From NCBI GenBank assembly GCA_950097015.1, contig CATNEN010000038.1:4960001-5024000 (forward strand): 64,000 nucleotides of DNA, given 5' to 3'. The notes under the pieces were generated by a model. It was not told where the DNA came from. It saw only the letters and a program-made list of their open reading frames with translations, and did not search any database. Made by a program: the position numbers and the translations under genes. This document shows positions 11,751 through 21,984 of the stretch, piece after piece (position 1 is the first letter of the stretch; each line of letters begins with the position of its first letter). Origin of the DNA: Macrostomum hystrix. Lineage: Eukaryota > Animalia > Platyhelminthes.

Positions 11751-12099
11751 CAGTGATAAACGGCTATGAGTGCTGCAATGTTTTTAACCGAGAAGACTCG
11801 AAAAAGCCATAGAACAATACTTTTAAGCGAGCCCCTCAGATTTCTTGCCATGAATTGGCTCGTTTCGCGTCCCGAGGGTTTTAGTTGTCCCTGGCTATGA
11901 TAATATGACTTTTTACCATAGAAAAATGAAGACTTAAGCTGCTTCAGAAGCAAACTGCCACGAACACCAGCGTGCAGTAATGCGGCAATTTCGCATTGCT
12001 GCACGCTAGCAGGCAATAACAAAACAGAACTTTATTTTCAAATAAGAACCACGGTTGCCGAAGAAGAAAAGGCACAAAAAATACATCCCTTGAAGCAGC

Positions 12100-12685
12100 A
12101 CAGTGGCATTAGACCGGTCGAAGTAAATCCAAAGCTTCGCAAATCGCTTCGAACGCCTTCAGCGCCAAGTTTGCACTATTGAACACATCACTTTTAATGA
12201 TATTGATACTTCGCTCGCGCATGAAAAAGCAGTACAGTCCTGCCCGCAGGCAAATCGTCGATGGAGGTTGATGGAGGAGAAGCCCCTATAAGGCTTACGA
12301 AGAGTAGCGTAGAAGAACTTCAACTTCTGAGCCAGGTCGTACTCAATGCAACGCATGATGTCCATCGATTGAAACCCATAGCGCATCAGAAAGTTCTTGA
12401 AACGATCCATTGCAGCTACTTCATGAGGCGCAGTGGATTTCACCTTGGTGTCTTCGCGTTGTAGCTTCACTAGTGCTTCCAGTTCCTCTGTCGAGTCAAC
12501 GGCCGGAAGCAGCGACAAAAATTCGTCCAGGGTTTGGTAAACCTTCGATATCGGCGTCGTCGTACATCTCTCGCTCAACCAGATCGTTTATAACTCCAAG
12601 CTCAACATGCTTGTCGATTTCAGATCGTTCGTCAGGCCGGAGATAACTCCGCCAGGGAATTGAGACAAGTGAATTTGCCTAGTAG
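12100..12685 (-). pseudogene. Third YR copy: frameshifted N-terminal half
   Basis: KLKFFYATLRKP and, in another frame, LRAGLYCFFMRERSINIIKSDVFNSANLALKA align with LRIFYAFIRKL and ARAGVFRYLMRTRGINIIEDKDFAKANLQLKA of the 452-aa YR. An LG.IHLSQ-like relic lies near 12660-12682. Confidence 0.75.
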
Positions 12686-12964
12686 TAGTCATATCAGCTA
12701 CATAACAAATTATAGTTAGTTAGTCTATTTCTAAGCAGTTTCTTCTCCCATCGTCAGCGTGCAGCTTTCTTCATACACCTTAGGCGGTCGGCGTGCGGCA
12801 ATGATATAGTAATAAACGGCTATGAGTGCTGCAATGTTTTTAACGGCATGTTTTTAATGTTTAATGTTAATGTTAATGTTGTTTAATGTTAATGTTAATG
12901 TTTAATGTTTTTAACGGCAAAACGGCTATTAAAACTTTGCAGTACGAATAGCCGTTTATCACTG

Positions 12965-13265
12965 GCATTGTATACTTTTGGACCACAGACAGTTGGGGCG
13001 TGCAACAATCAGTCTCACGGAGCGGATATAGCCAGCGGTCTCGCGGGGCGTGCAGCAATCGATTATTTTGTCGATTGGTGCACGCCCGAAATGTCTATAG
13101 TCCAAAAGTAGACCGCCTGACTTAGGGCAGCAAGAGAACTCAGTTTGGGGAAGGCTGTAAGACAGCGAGACGAGCTGGCGGGGTTCGGGACATAGAAAGT
13201 AAAGGCGTGCAACAATCAGGCTTCATTGGTGGCTGGGAAAAAACCCCTCCAAAAGTGTACAATGC
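12965..13265 (+). mobile_element. 301-bp non-autonomous inverted derivative of YR element 2
   Basis: 12965-13175 is the reverse complement of ~11539-11750, and 13171-13265 is the reverse complement of 9903-9997. They are joined at a GAGC microhomology, with the whole YR gene deleted. Confidence 0.85.
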
Positions 13266-14351
13266 CTTGACTACAGCCATAGACATACGCTCGTATTACC
13301 CTAGTCTAAATATCGGCCGTTTGTCTATGCAATAGACAACGGTGTCTTCGTGTGATAACGACCATAGGCACTCGTGTTTCACTTTGTTTGTCTATGGCCA
13401 ATGTGTTCTAGAACAAAAATTGTTAATCATTTGTGCCTGCGTGAGCTAATAAACTTTATATGTTGCTGGGCGTTCACCTTTTGCAAGAACAATATCCTTT
13501 TTGCTTTTGTTATTAGTGGTCTTTAGGACTTAGAGGAATGTACTTTGGTGTAACTACTTGATGTTATCGATATGCTTGTACTATTAATAAAAAATACAAT
13601 AAATAATATTTATAGTATATATAGCATTAAATAGTAATTAAAAAATAAATAATATTACATGGTATGTATTTATAGCTTGTACTATAAATAACTAGTGCTT
13701 TTACATAGATACAAATAATTACTGGCACTCAAAACTTTACTTTTATAACATGGAACTATTTAGTCGACTATATTCATCATAGCGTTACATTAGCTTTATC
13801 ATTGTCGCACGGAGGTAATATATATTCACCAAGTTGTGCATGGTTAAATGTTAGTTTCACTTATGGTTTGCAGTGCTTCTAGCGCAGTCAAAGCCAGAGA
13901 TTAAGCTATGATTTCTATAATCACTTCATCACAAATTTTGTCTCAATTGTCTCTGATGAGAGCATGAAGAGCTAGGTTGCATCATTCACTATATTATGCA
14001 TATTTTGAATCGATTTACCAATATCATAGTTATTATAAATTGGTGCACGCTAATATGACAAAAATAGTAAATTAACGAAGACAAAAATTTTATCGCAAAT
14101 GCTGATGTATACGATTATATATAAAAAATATACCTTTATGTTCTATTTGATAAAAACTGCAACCAATTTGGCCACGGCTCAGCCTGACGCAGCCGCAGCA
14201 ATTTTCCATAGACAGCCGCCGCTAGCAGCAACCAATTTTGTAAAAACTGCGAGCTATTTTGCCAGCTTGAAGATAGCAGCTCACTGCTGTATTTGACCTG
14301 CCCTGTCAACAGCAGTAGCGAAATAGGGAGCGATAGCATAACTATAACGAT

Positions 14352-14465
14352 AAAGAATGATAACAATATGTCCTCAGTCAGAAGTCAGAACACGAATTCA
14401 TAACATTAAGAATGATAAAAATATGTCCTCAGTCAGAAGTCAGAACACGAATTCATAACATTATG
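14352..14465. repeat. ~56-bp tandem duplication at the transposase 3' end
   Basis: aagaatgataa(c/a)aatatgtcctcagtcagaagtcagaacacgaattcataacatta x2. Confidence 0.85.
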
Positions 14466-15266
14466 TCCTCAGCATTCAAGCACCGATTGAAGTACGTCTG
14501 GGAGTGGTTGATCCAGCGCAGGCACTTAAGAGGCGTGATGCAGTTCAGTGCTTGCTGCACTTCTCTCTTCAGAATGCGCATCCTGTGCTGATGCAGTGTC
14601 GCACCTGCTGCAGCAGCCAGTCCAGTATCTGCCACCTCGCGCTGAATGGCAGGTGATTGCAGTTGCCTTTTCAGCTTGGCCTTCAGCGCTGAGCCTGCGT
14701 ACTCCGCCGGGTTGATGAACGGCGAGTATGGAGGCAGGAATCGGTGAGCTTGACCTTCAGACATCCCAGGGACACCTAGGTGAGCGCGTGCCCCATCGGA
14801 CAGTAGTACAAACTCCTCTTCCATCAGAACATCGATCTCAGAGTGGAATTCCACGAAGTGCTCGTTCTTAAAGCCTCCTTCAACGAGAGTGCTGTGAACG
14901 AGGCCGAGTTGCGAGATGGCCAGGCAGATGGTGAGATTCTGCCCACGCTGTCCGCTGACAACAGTCACAGCTGGGAGCCCCTTCGCAGAGCGGCCTTGAG
15001 TCCTCGCCGTCCAGATGTTCACCCCAAACTCGTCCATGAAAATTGTGTTCACCTGGCTTCCCTCGTCCAGCATCCATTCGACGTGCATCCTTCGCGCCTC
15101 CTTTGTAACAGGCATGTTCCAGTTCACAGGTACCTGGCGCAGCAACTTCAGGGTGATGAGGCGACCATCCAGAGCACGACTGATAGTGGTCAGACTCACG
15201 TTGGCAACGTCATTGTGTTGGTGTAGCAGGTGCTCTCTCATTTGTTGCAGCGTCGCAGTAGGTTGA
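14453..15266 (-). mobile_element. IS630/Tc1-mariner superfamily transposase, 5'-truncated (DD30E)
   Basis: IFMDEFG (D), LLSDGARAH (D) and FLPPYSPFINPAE (E). Only the second HTH (TLQQMREHL..VSLTTISRAL) is present. No TIRs found. Confidence 0.85.
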
Positions 15267-15419
15267 AAGGTATATATATAACGAGTAAATTTATTTGTTA
15301 AGTTACAATAACATCATTCAATTCTGAATGATGTCATAATCGAGTGTTTAAAAACTCGTACGATTTTAAATCGTACATTTTATTTCTATTGTACTTTAAA
15401 ATCATTAAAATCAACGATC

Positions 15420-16696
15420 ATGTTGGCGTGCTCCATAAACCAGGACCGAACGTCTGCGAAGTTAGAGTCGTTAGACCGAGAAAAAAAGGCCGAATTGAGA
15501 GCTCTGGCACGGCAGCTTGTTGAAACTGAGATGGAAAAAAATAACTTCAATCGCGTGAGTCAACTACTAAATTTATTATCGTTTCTTGAGGTACATTGCA
15601 GCGTATTTTTGACCTAGGTGCGTATTTTTGTTCAGTTTTTTTATGTTTCTCTCTATCGGCTAGACGGAGCTACAAGCACTGCTATGAGTAGATAATTTCG
15701 AATTTTACTTTAAATTTCACCTTTTGTAGTTTTATGCCTCTACTCGTGGTATGCGAGCTGTAGAATTTAACTTTAGAATAGCTTCAGAGGGATTGGTTTC
15801 GCGCTGACCTTGGCCTTGAAAACTTGACCAATCACTTTGCAGCCCTCTGGCTCCGATGCCTGACAGCTGGAAAGCGCCCAGATTTCACTCTGATCTTGAA
15901 TCGCGTCACTTCATTTGTCTCGAGCTCGGAAGGCGCAGCTGCTCCGGGCATTGAAGACGCATTTGAAGCGAAGGCAGAAGCCGGGCTGTTCAGGGACTCG
16001 CTGACCAGACAGCTGGTTTGCTACTGCTGCGGTCAGAACGCCTCGACCGGAGGGACGCACCTCGCCAGCCAGAGCTGCGCCTACCATCGCCTGATGTGCC
16101 TGCTGCTGTCGGAGAACGAAATCCAGCCATCCGCATCGTTCGAGCAGGAAAGGATCCGTGCCACGCACAGCCTACTCGCGCTGACAGCATGCATCGGGCA
16201 GACCATTGGTGGCGCGGTCGAGTCCTTTGGGTACACCAGGAAGCTGGTTGAGTTCGTCATTGCCCGCTGCCACTTTCTGCAGGCCCAAATGCCGCGCAGA
16301 CCTGGGGACCTCATCGAGCAGGTCTTGGCCTGCCAGGATGCGTTCGGGGAGACTGCTCTTGAGACTATTCTGTCCGCAGTTGACATTCGATTGGAGCTGC
16401 AGGACCCGACTTTGACATCAGCGACTACGCATCAGTCTGCGGAACCGATTGCGCATCAGACTCCACAAGAGCGGCCCCTTGTTGCCACGCTTGCATTTCC
16501 AGCTACTCTGGGCACGAGTGTTGACCCGGCCGAACCCGCGAGTGATCGCTGCGTTATCTGCCGATCTGCGGCTCGCGATCGGGTAGTACTGCCGTGTGCT
16601 CACTTCAACGCCTGCCAACGCTGCTTGAGCACGGTCAGGCAATGCCCAGTGTGCAGAAGCAACATTCTGGCCACTCTGACTGCATACATCTGCTAG
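15420..16696 (+). CDS. IAP-like protein: degenerate BIR + UBA-like + C-terminal RING
   Basis: Probable exons 15420-15590 (gag|gtac) and 15788-16696 (ttcag|AGG), in frame. AEAGLF..LVCYCCG..H..QSC (BIR ligands), FGYTRKLVEFVI..DLIEQVL (UBA-like), CVIC..VVLPCAH..CQRC...CPVCRSNI (IAP-type RING). The first exon is less certain. Confidence 0.75.
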
Positions 16697-16765
16697 GAGC
16701 TGGTCTTGGGGATTGCTTCACTATTTTGGTTCGGCACGATTCTGTAAATCATGTCCTGCAACACC

Positions 16766-16910
16766 CAGGGGCGTAGTCAGGGGGGCAGGGGGGGTCGCGG
16801 CCCCTCATCGGCTGACGAAACTGCGAGTGTGTGGCGCCCCCTAGTAGTCACGCCCCCCAGAAACGCGGCCCCCTTAGAAAAAATCCATTGCTACGGCTCG
16901 TACGCCACTG
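16766..16910. mobile_element. MITE with CAGGGGCGTA...TACGCCACTG ends (hAT-like)
   Basis: Inverted termini. Flanks gcaacacc/gaaacagc match 6/8 and may be a decayed 8-bp TSD. Confidence 0.6.
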
Positions 16911-17111
16911 GAAACAGCAAGCCATGCGACGCCACGTCTGTAAGCCGCAATATCGCATAGTTTAACAGCTTCTAATGCACTCTGTTGATTTTGCATTGTA
17001 TAGATTTTTATCGCTGACCTAAATTTTTATAACAAGCGTCTCATTCATATGGGCTGCCTCGGTGATTAATCATTCAGTTGGTCAATTTTATTCATTTTCA
17101 GGCTCTTCATA

Positions 17112-17304
17112 TTGGTTTTCAACTTCTATTTCGAAATAGTAACTTCAATTTCGCCCGCGAGACCGGCCTGCCCAAGTTAGAGTAAAGTTAGAGTAATTGG
17201 GCAGGCCGGTCTCGCGGACGAAATTGAAGCTACTAATAGGGTACACACGAGCATCCCCTTCCCTTTGGGCGAAGTTACTTAGTTTGAAATAGAAGTTGAA
17301 CCAA
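17112..17304. repeat. Nested inverted-repeat element
   Basis: Inner 39-bp arms at 17137-17175 and 17197-17235 are near-perfect. Outer arms ttggttttcaacttctatttcgaa / tttgaaatagaagttgaaccaa. Confidence 0.8.
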
Positions 17305-18094
17305 CATTAAAGTACTATAGAAGATGATTTAGTACTCAAGTAATCTTTATTGACTAATGTTCTTTGAAAGCTCGACTCACATTATGCAATAGGACTACAC
17401 GTGACGTGATCGTACATTGTACATTTACATTAATAAAGCATTTCATATTGCATACGAGTATAAAAAGTTTTATTATGCCTACTGCACTGTGATAAAGGGG
17501 TCATTTTTAAAGCTTTTTTAAGATGCACTAAAGAAAGTTTACTGAATGCGCTCGAAAAAAATTTTTCAATGTCATATTTTTGTCATAATATGTAAATAAT
17601 GGCATACTTAAAATCACAGACCCTATTTCTCTATAGAGAAGTCCATATTTATTTTTATAATTTTGCATGGTTCATTTTTTTATAAGCAGCCCTTTATTAA
17701 TTTTTCCACGAATACGCAAAGATAGCATTTTATTCTCGCATACACATTTTTGTTAAGAAACACATGATGGTACAGTTCAGGCAACAAATATTATACTGAA
17801 ATTTTGGCTTCCAAAATAAAAACTTTACATTTCCTACATAGAGATTCTGACGATAGGCTTCCCGTTACTATAAATTTGCTTTACTGGGCATGTGCGTCAC
17901 AGACGCAGTAGATTAAGTAGATTTAAACGATAATTTAGTAGTCCATGAAGTTAAGCATACAGTGGAAGGCTAATTTCATGATAAAAAATACCATTTTCAG
18001 GTGAGAATCCCTAATCTTACCGAGTTATTGCAGGCAAATGTCAAAGCATATTGTCAAGAAGAATTAATTTATGAACAATGAGTATGATTTCAAT

Positions 18095-21000
18095 TCAGTT
18101 CACGGGCGGCAGGGCGGGCCCGGAGCTCTGCTGACGATACACCGGGTAGCTCGGTGCCCACTGCAGCTTGCGGCCTGGACCGCTCGCCATTGAAGCGTCG
18201 CCTAGTCCAGCTTGCGCACCGTCGGCTAGATCAACGTCCTGCCTGCCGAAAATGCACTCTTCGTAGGAGGGAGGCTCTGAAAAAGATGGGGTTCTTTTTG
18301 TGGTTCACCTGCCCTAATTTGACCAGACGTGCAGCCGACAGCACAGCCGCAGCTGTTGCACGGCGCATCTGAAGGCTGCGTACGGCTGTTCAGCCCACAC
18401 CACACCCACCCTAAATTACCCGAGCTAATGCTGGTACCCATTTAACAGCTGAGTGAACTGAAGCAATGCACAGTTAAGTATCTTACCAAAGGAAACAAAA
18501 AGCTCAAAAGGACCTTCAGGTCGTGAGTCCGACGCTTAAACCACTAGGCTACAACCCCTTAGCCTAGTAATAAAGACTAAAATTAGCAATGATGATAGCT
18601 GGAGACGGACATCAATGCGCCCCCGCGGCGAATGAAAAATTAAAATTACCTGCAGGAAACGGAGGTGCGGATGGCAACGCTGGTTGATAAAGACTGGCCC
18701 TCAATGGAATGCTGCCGATCAACAGCTCGCAGCACTCCTGCTTCACTGACAGGCAGCAGCCGCCGTCACCAACAAGCTGCAAGAAATATTTATTGGATGA
18801 GCTGTGCAATGAGTAGAAATGATTCGGCAGTGCTTTCGAATATAAAAAAGTAACTCGAAGGCATTTCAAACTATTGAGTCACGAGTTACACAGGAGGTTT
18901 ACATTTCGTTGCAGAGTAGTCAAACATGGTCAAGAATAACGGCCCTCACCCTTAGATAGTAGTGGACCTCGATGTTATTACAGCCATCGATGCGGGAAGT
19001 TGGCAGCGGATGTACCGTCAGGCGGCAGTTAAGCGGCTGCGAGCTCTGTTGCTTCGGGCCGGGCAGCAGAACTGAGGAGGCCACCCGGGTGGTCGTTCGC
19101 GTCTTGCCACCGGCGTGGAAGATGACTCTCTGAGAAAATGAGCGGAAGCCGGAAAATGGATTGGTCGATGAGATGCTTGCCCTGCTAACGTTACCGGCCT
19201 CATGCTTGCAGACCAAGAGTTGAGACAATGCCTATCCCGAAGTACGAGTACAAGTTTCAAGTACCAATGCTCGAATAGTAATAATAATAATAATGATAAT
19301 ATTAGTTGCAAGTGGTCTGCTGGCAATAGCACATCATTTGGTGACACTAGACCTGCAGCCAGCGAGGAGGCAATTCTGCCCGTTTCGCTGACGCCTGAGC
19401 ACACACGCAGACAGATATTGTACGCAGGCACACGCTCACACAGGTGTGTAAATCTGCCATGACTTTCGTCGTCAGACAGTGTACACTCTCACTGTGCCTA
19501 GGAGGTTCGCCCTCAAGGGCGTAAATGGTAATGGTTCGAAAAGCCCCCAAGCCTTCTCTCCCTGGCTGCGCCCAAATGATTGTGGCCTCGCCGCGGAATC
19601 GAGCTCAGGACCTTATTGCAAGAGGTCCTTGATCAATATTGGTGAATGTAACATTGTTAATAAAATTATAAAGTATAGAAAATAATGCTCATGCATATTA
19701 CATAACTTTGGTAATGCAGTACCGGAGATTAGATATATCTTTTTCGCGGAAAATTGGCCTTCAAAACTTGACCATAAAACACGAGTGTTGCGTAATCTAA
19801 GTATACGTCCTTGAGTCATGTGAATAGTGAATAAAACATAAAAAAGAAACTACACGATAGCCCGCCATTCAAGTGTAATGTCCCATCCCTGAGCTACGGC
19901 CTCCATTAGCAAGAGAGATGACTATTAGATTTATATAGTGAAATCACCTGATGCAGCTCCATTTCAACTGTTTCCAAGTCCACACTCGACGTTAGGTTCG
20001 AAAGTTCGCCCCGGACAAGGATTTCCTCGCCAGGAACGAAGCCCTTCTTGGGTAGTTCGATGCTCACTCGGACCGTGCCGAAGCAGCAGTTGAAGCACAT
20101 GCAGCAATTGACGTCGTAGTCGTTGCTGCTCGAGTGTGGACCAGTCAGATGCGCCGGTTCCGCATTGAGGTCCAGGTCGCGAATCACGGTGTACATCCTC
20201 TGGGTGGTTGTGTCGAATTTCCACGGCCGGTCGATGTTGGCCCGGATGTAGTAGCGAATCTTGCCGATGCCGCCCTCGAAGGACGAAGGAGCGGTTGCTG
20301 GCAGTTGGAAGCAGACCGGGTAGTAATAGTCACCGGCTGGGTGATGGTCCGCAGATGGGCCATCTCTTGGAGGGGCTGCGTTGGTAGCGAAAGAAGCATG
20401 ACATTGAGATTTTTGCAAAATGTCCAAATTAAAATGCCTTTAGCAGTTAAGATCGCTCAGAGTTTTTTTTAGTCAGGTGCTCACCCGTTGATTTTTATTT
20501 ATATTGAATTTAATCTACATATTAAGATATGGTAATTATTGACAACGAAAACTGTAGTCCAATGGATAGGATAGAGATTCGGAAACTTGATCAGAGATTC
20601 GGAGATTTAATCTCAACCAAGGAAAAACTATTTTGTGCGCTTGAGCTAGACACAAATGTCCTACAGTTAACCCATGTGAAAAATTGGTACTCTCTCAGTC
20701 CATGCCACGCGCAATAGCTACTGTGCTGCCATGGACTTTACACTCTTCCAATCTTGGTTAGGTGTCACCATCCATGTGTCTATCCACACTAAAAAAACTC
20801 ACAATACAACGCGACCCTCTGATCGATGTAGACCTCGTCGGACCGGTAGTGAACCGTGTGCGTTCGACGCGATTTTCCGGATCCAGTTGATCTCGACTCT
20901 GTCCAGTGCACCTCGGAACTCCCGTACAGCGACACGTACACCGCTGCAGTGTTTGTGGTGGCGAGCAGACAGACGCGTTTAACTAATACCGAACCACTGA

Positions 21001-21176
21001 TTTTTTCACTACTGCCGAAAAACGTTATTCTATTGAGCTCCTCACTCACCTCTGCACTTGACGGGCTCCTGCAGTCTCACGTGAAGTTTGAAGGACACCT
21101 GCTGGCCGGAGCGATAAACAGCGTTCGGATTCTCATTCGAGTCGTCGAATAGAACTTCAAACGCCAGTACTTTCAT
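18095..21176 (-). CDS. Alpha-arrestin (arrestin domain-containing protein, ARRDC-like)
   Basis: Exons 21050-21176, 20803-20943, 19948-20375, 18950-19129, 18650-18776 and 18095-18276, with matching phases. Motifs: VHWTES, FQLPATAPSSFEGGIGKIRYYIRANIDRPWKFD, KKGFVPGEEI, LIGSIPL and the C-terminal PY motif PPSY. Confidence 0.92.
18325..18560 (-). mobile_element. SINE family B copy
   Basis: Shares gcagccgacagcacagc...ggctgttcag...cccatttaacagctgagtgaactg...gagtccgacgc with 1288-1480 and 27645-27758. Confidence 0.65.
19275..19612 (-). mobile_element. SINE family A copy with (TAT)n tail
   Basis: Reverse complement of the family A body, followed by an (AAT)n run at 19275-19303. Confidence 0.8.
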
Positions 21177-21789
21177 AGCTGTGCCTGCGAATGACAACTC
21201 TACAGAAATAATGCACCAGAGTCTGCTCTGCGACTCGCACTCACATGCTATATATGAAACTATAATGAGCTGCCTAATCTCTGCATGCTCCGTCACCAAG
21301 GTACAGCAGATAAGATAAGACACATGAGCAAAGCGGTGAAGCACGGGTCGAGAAATATAACTTAGTAATCGCTGCTATGACAAATCACATAACATCTTGG
21401 AGACGGTCAATTCTGGCAGTTCATATGGACTTATTTATTTTCCCAACTGCATGACAATAACTTGATTGTCCTTCGTCGTGACACAACGAGCTTATTGAAG
21501 CAATGTCCATCTCATTTCATCTCGCTATTTCCGCACAGAGATCCTGGGCCCTCTGAAAGCTTCGAGATTTTTCACATATTTGTGAAGCCTATTTTTAGCA
21601 GCTCACAAACGGCGTGCCTTTTCATGAAGCTTTGCAATCTACTCGTAGTTTCATGCCACGTTCAATAATTGCCGCATGCACTTTTCTGAGGGTCCTGTTA
21701 GTCAAGTGAATCTTCTTAAAGAAAAGTCTTTCAGGGTCACTTAGCAGTGAGCCATCTATCGATTGAGAATATGAGAGGCTAAACGAAAG

Positions 21790-21984
21790 CTTGTAGCCTA
21801 GTGGTTAGAGCTTCGGAGTTCTGACGTAGAGGTCGGGAGTTCGACTCTAAGCCTAAAGAAAATTAATTTTGCCCATGTGCGAATTCCTTAAAGACGAATA
21901 ATTCCCTTATGCTTCAGTTCACCCAGCTGTAAAATTGATACCAGCATTGCCTGGGATAGAAATTTTGGTGGTCGTGGCGGCTCC
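21790..21984 (+). mobile_element. SINE family B copy interrupted by the P element
   Basis: A/B boxes tagcctagtgg and gttcgact, plus ttcacccagctgtaaaattgatacc. Resumes after 23398 (ccacgaactgtacagc). Confidence 0.6.

Noticed and set aside
3800-18000. Whole island as one giant (Starship/Polinton-like) element
   Set aside because: No matching outer termini or TSD were found, there are no polB or capsid genes, and a decayed host SINE (~9400-9530) and independent insertions lie inside. Kept only as a hypothesis under the IAP finding.
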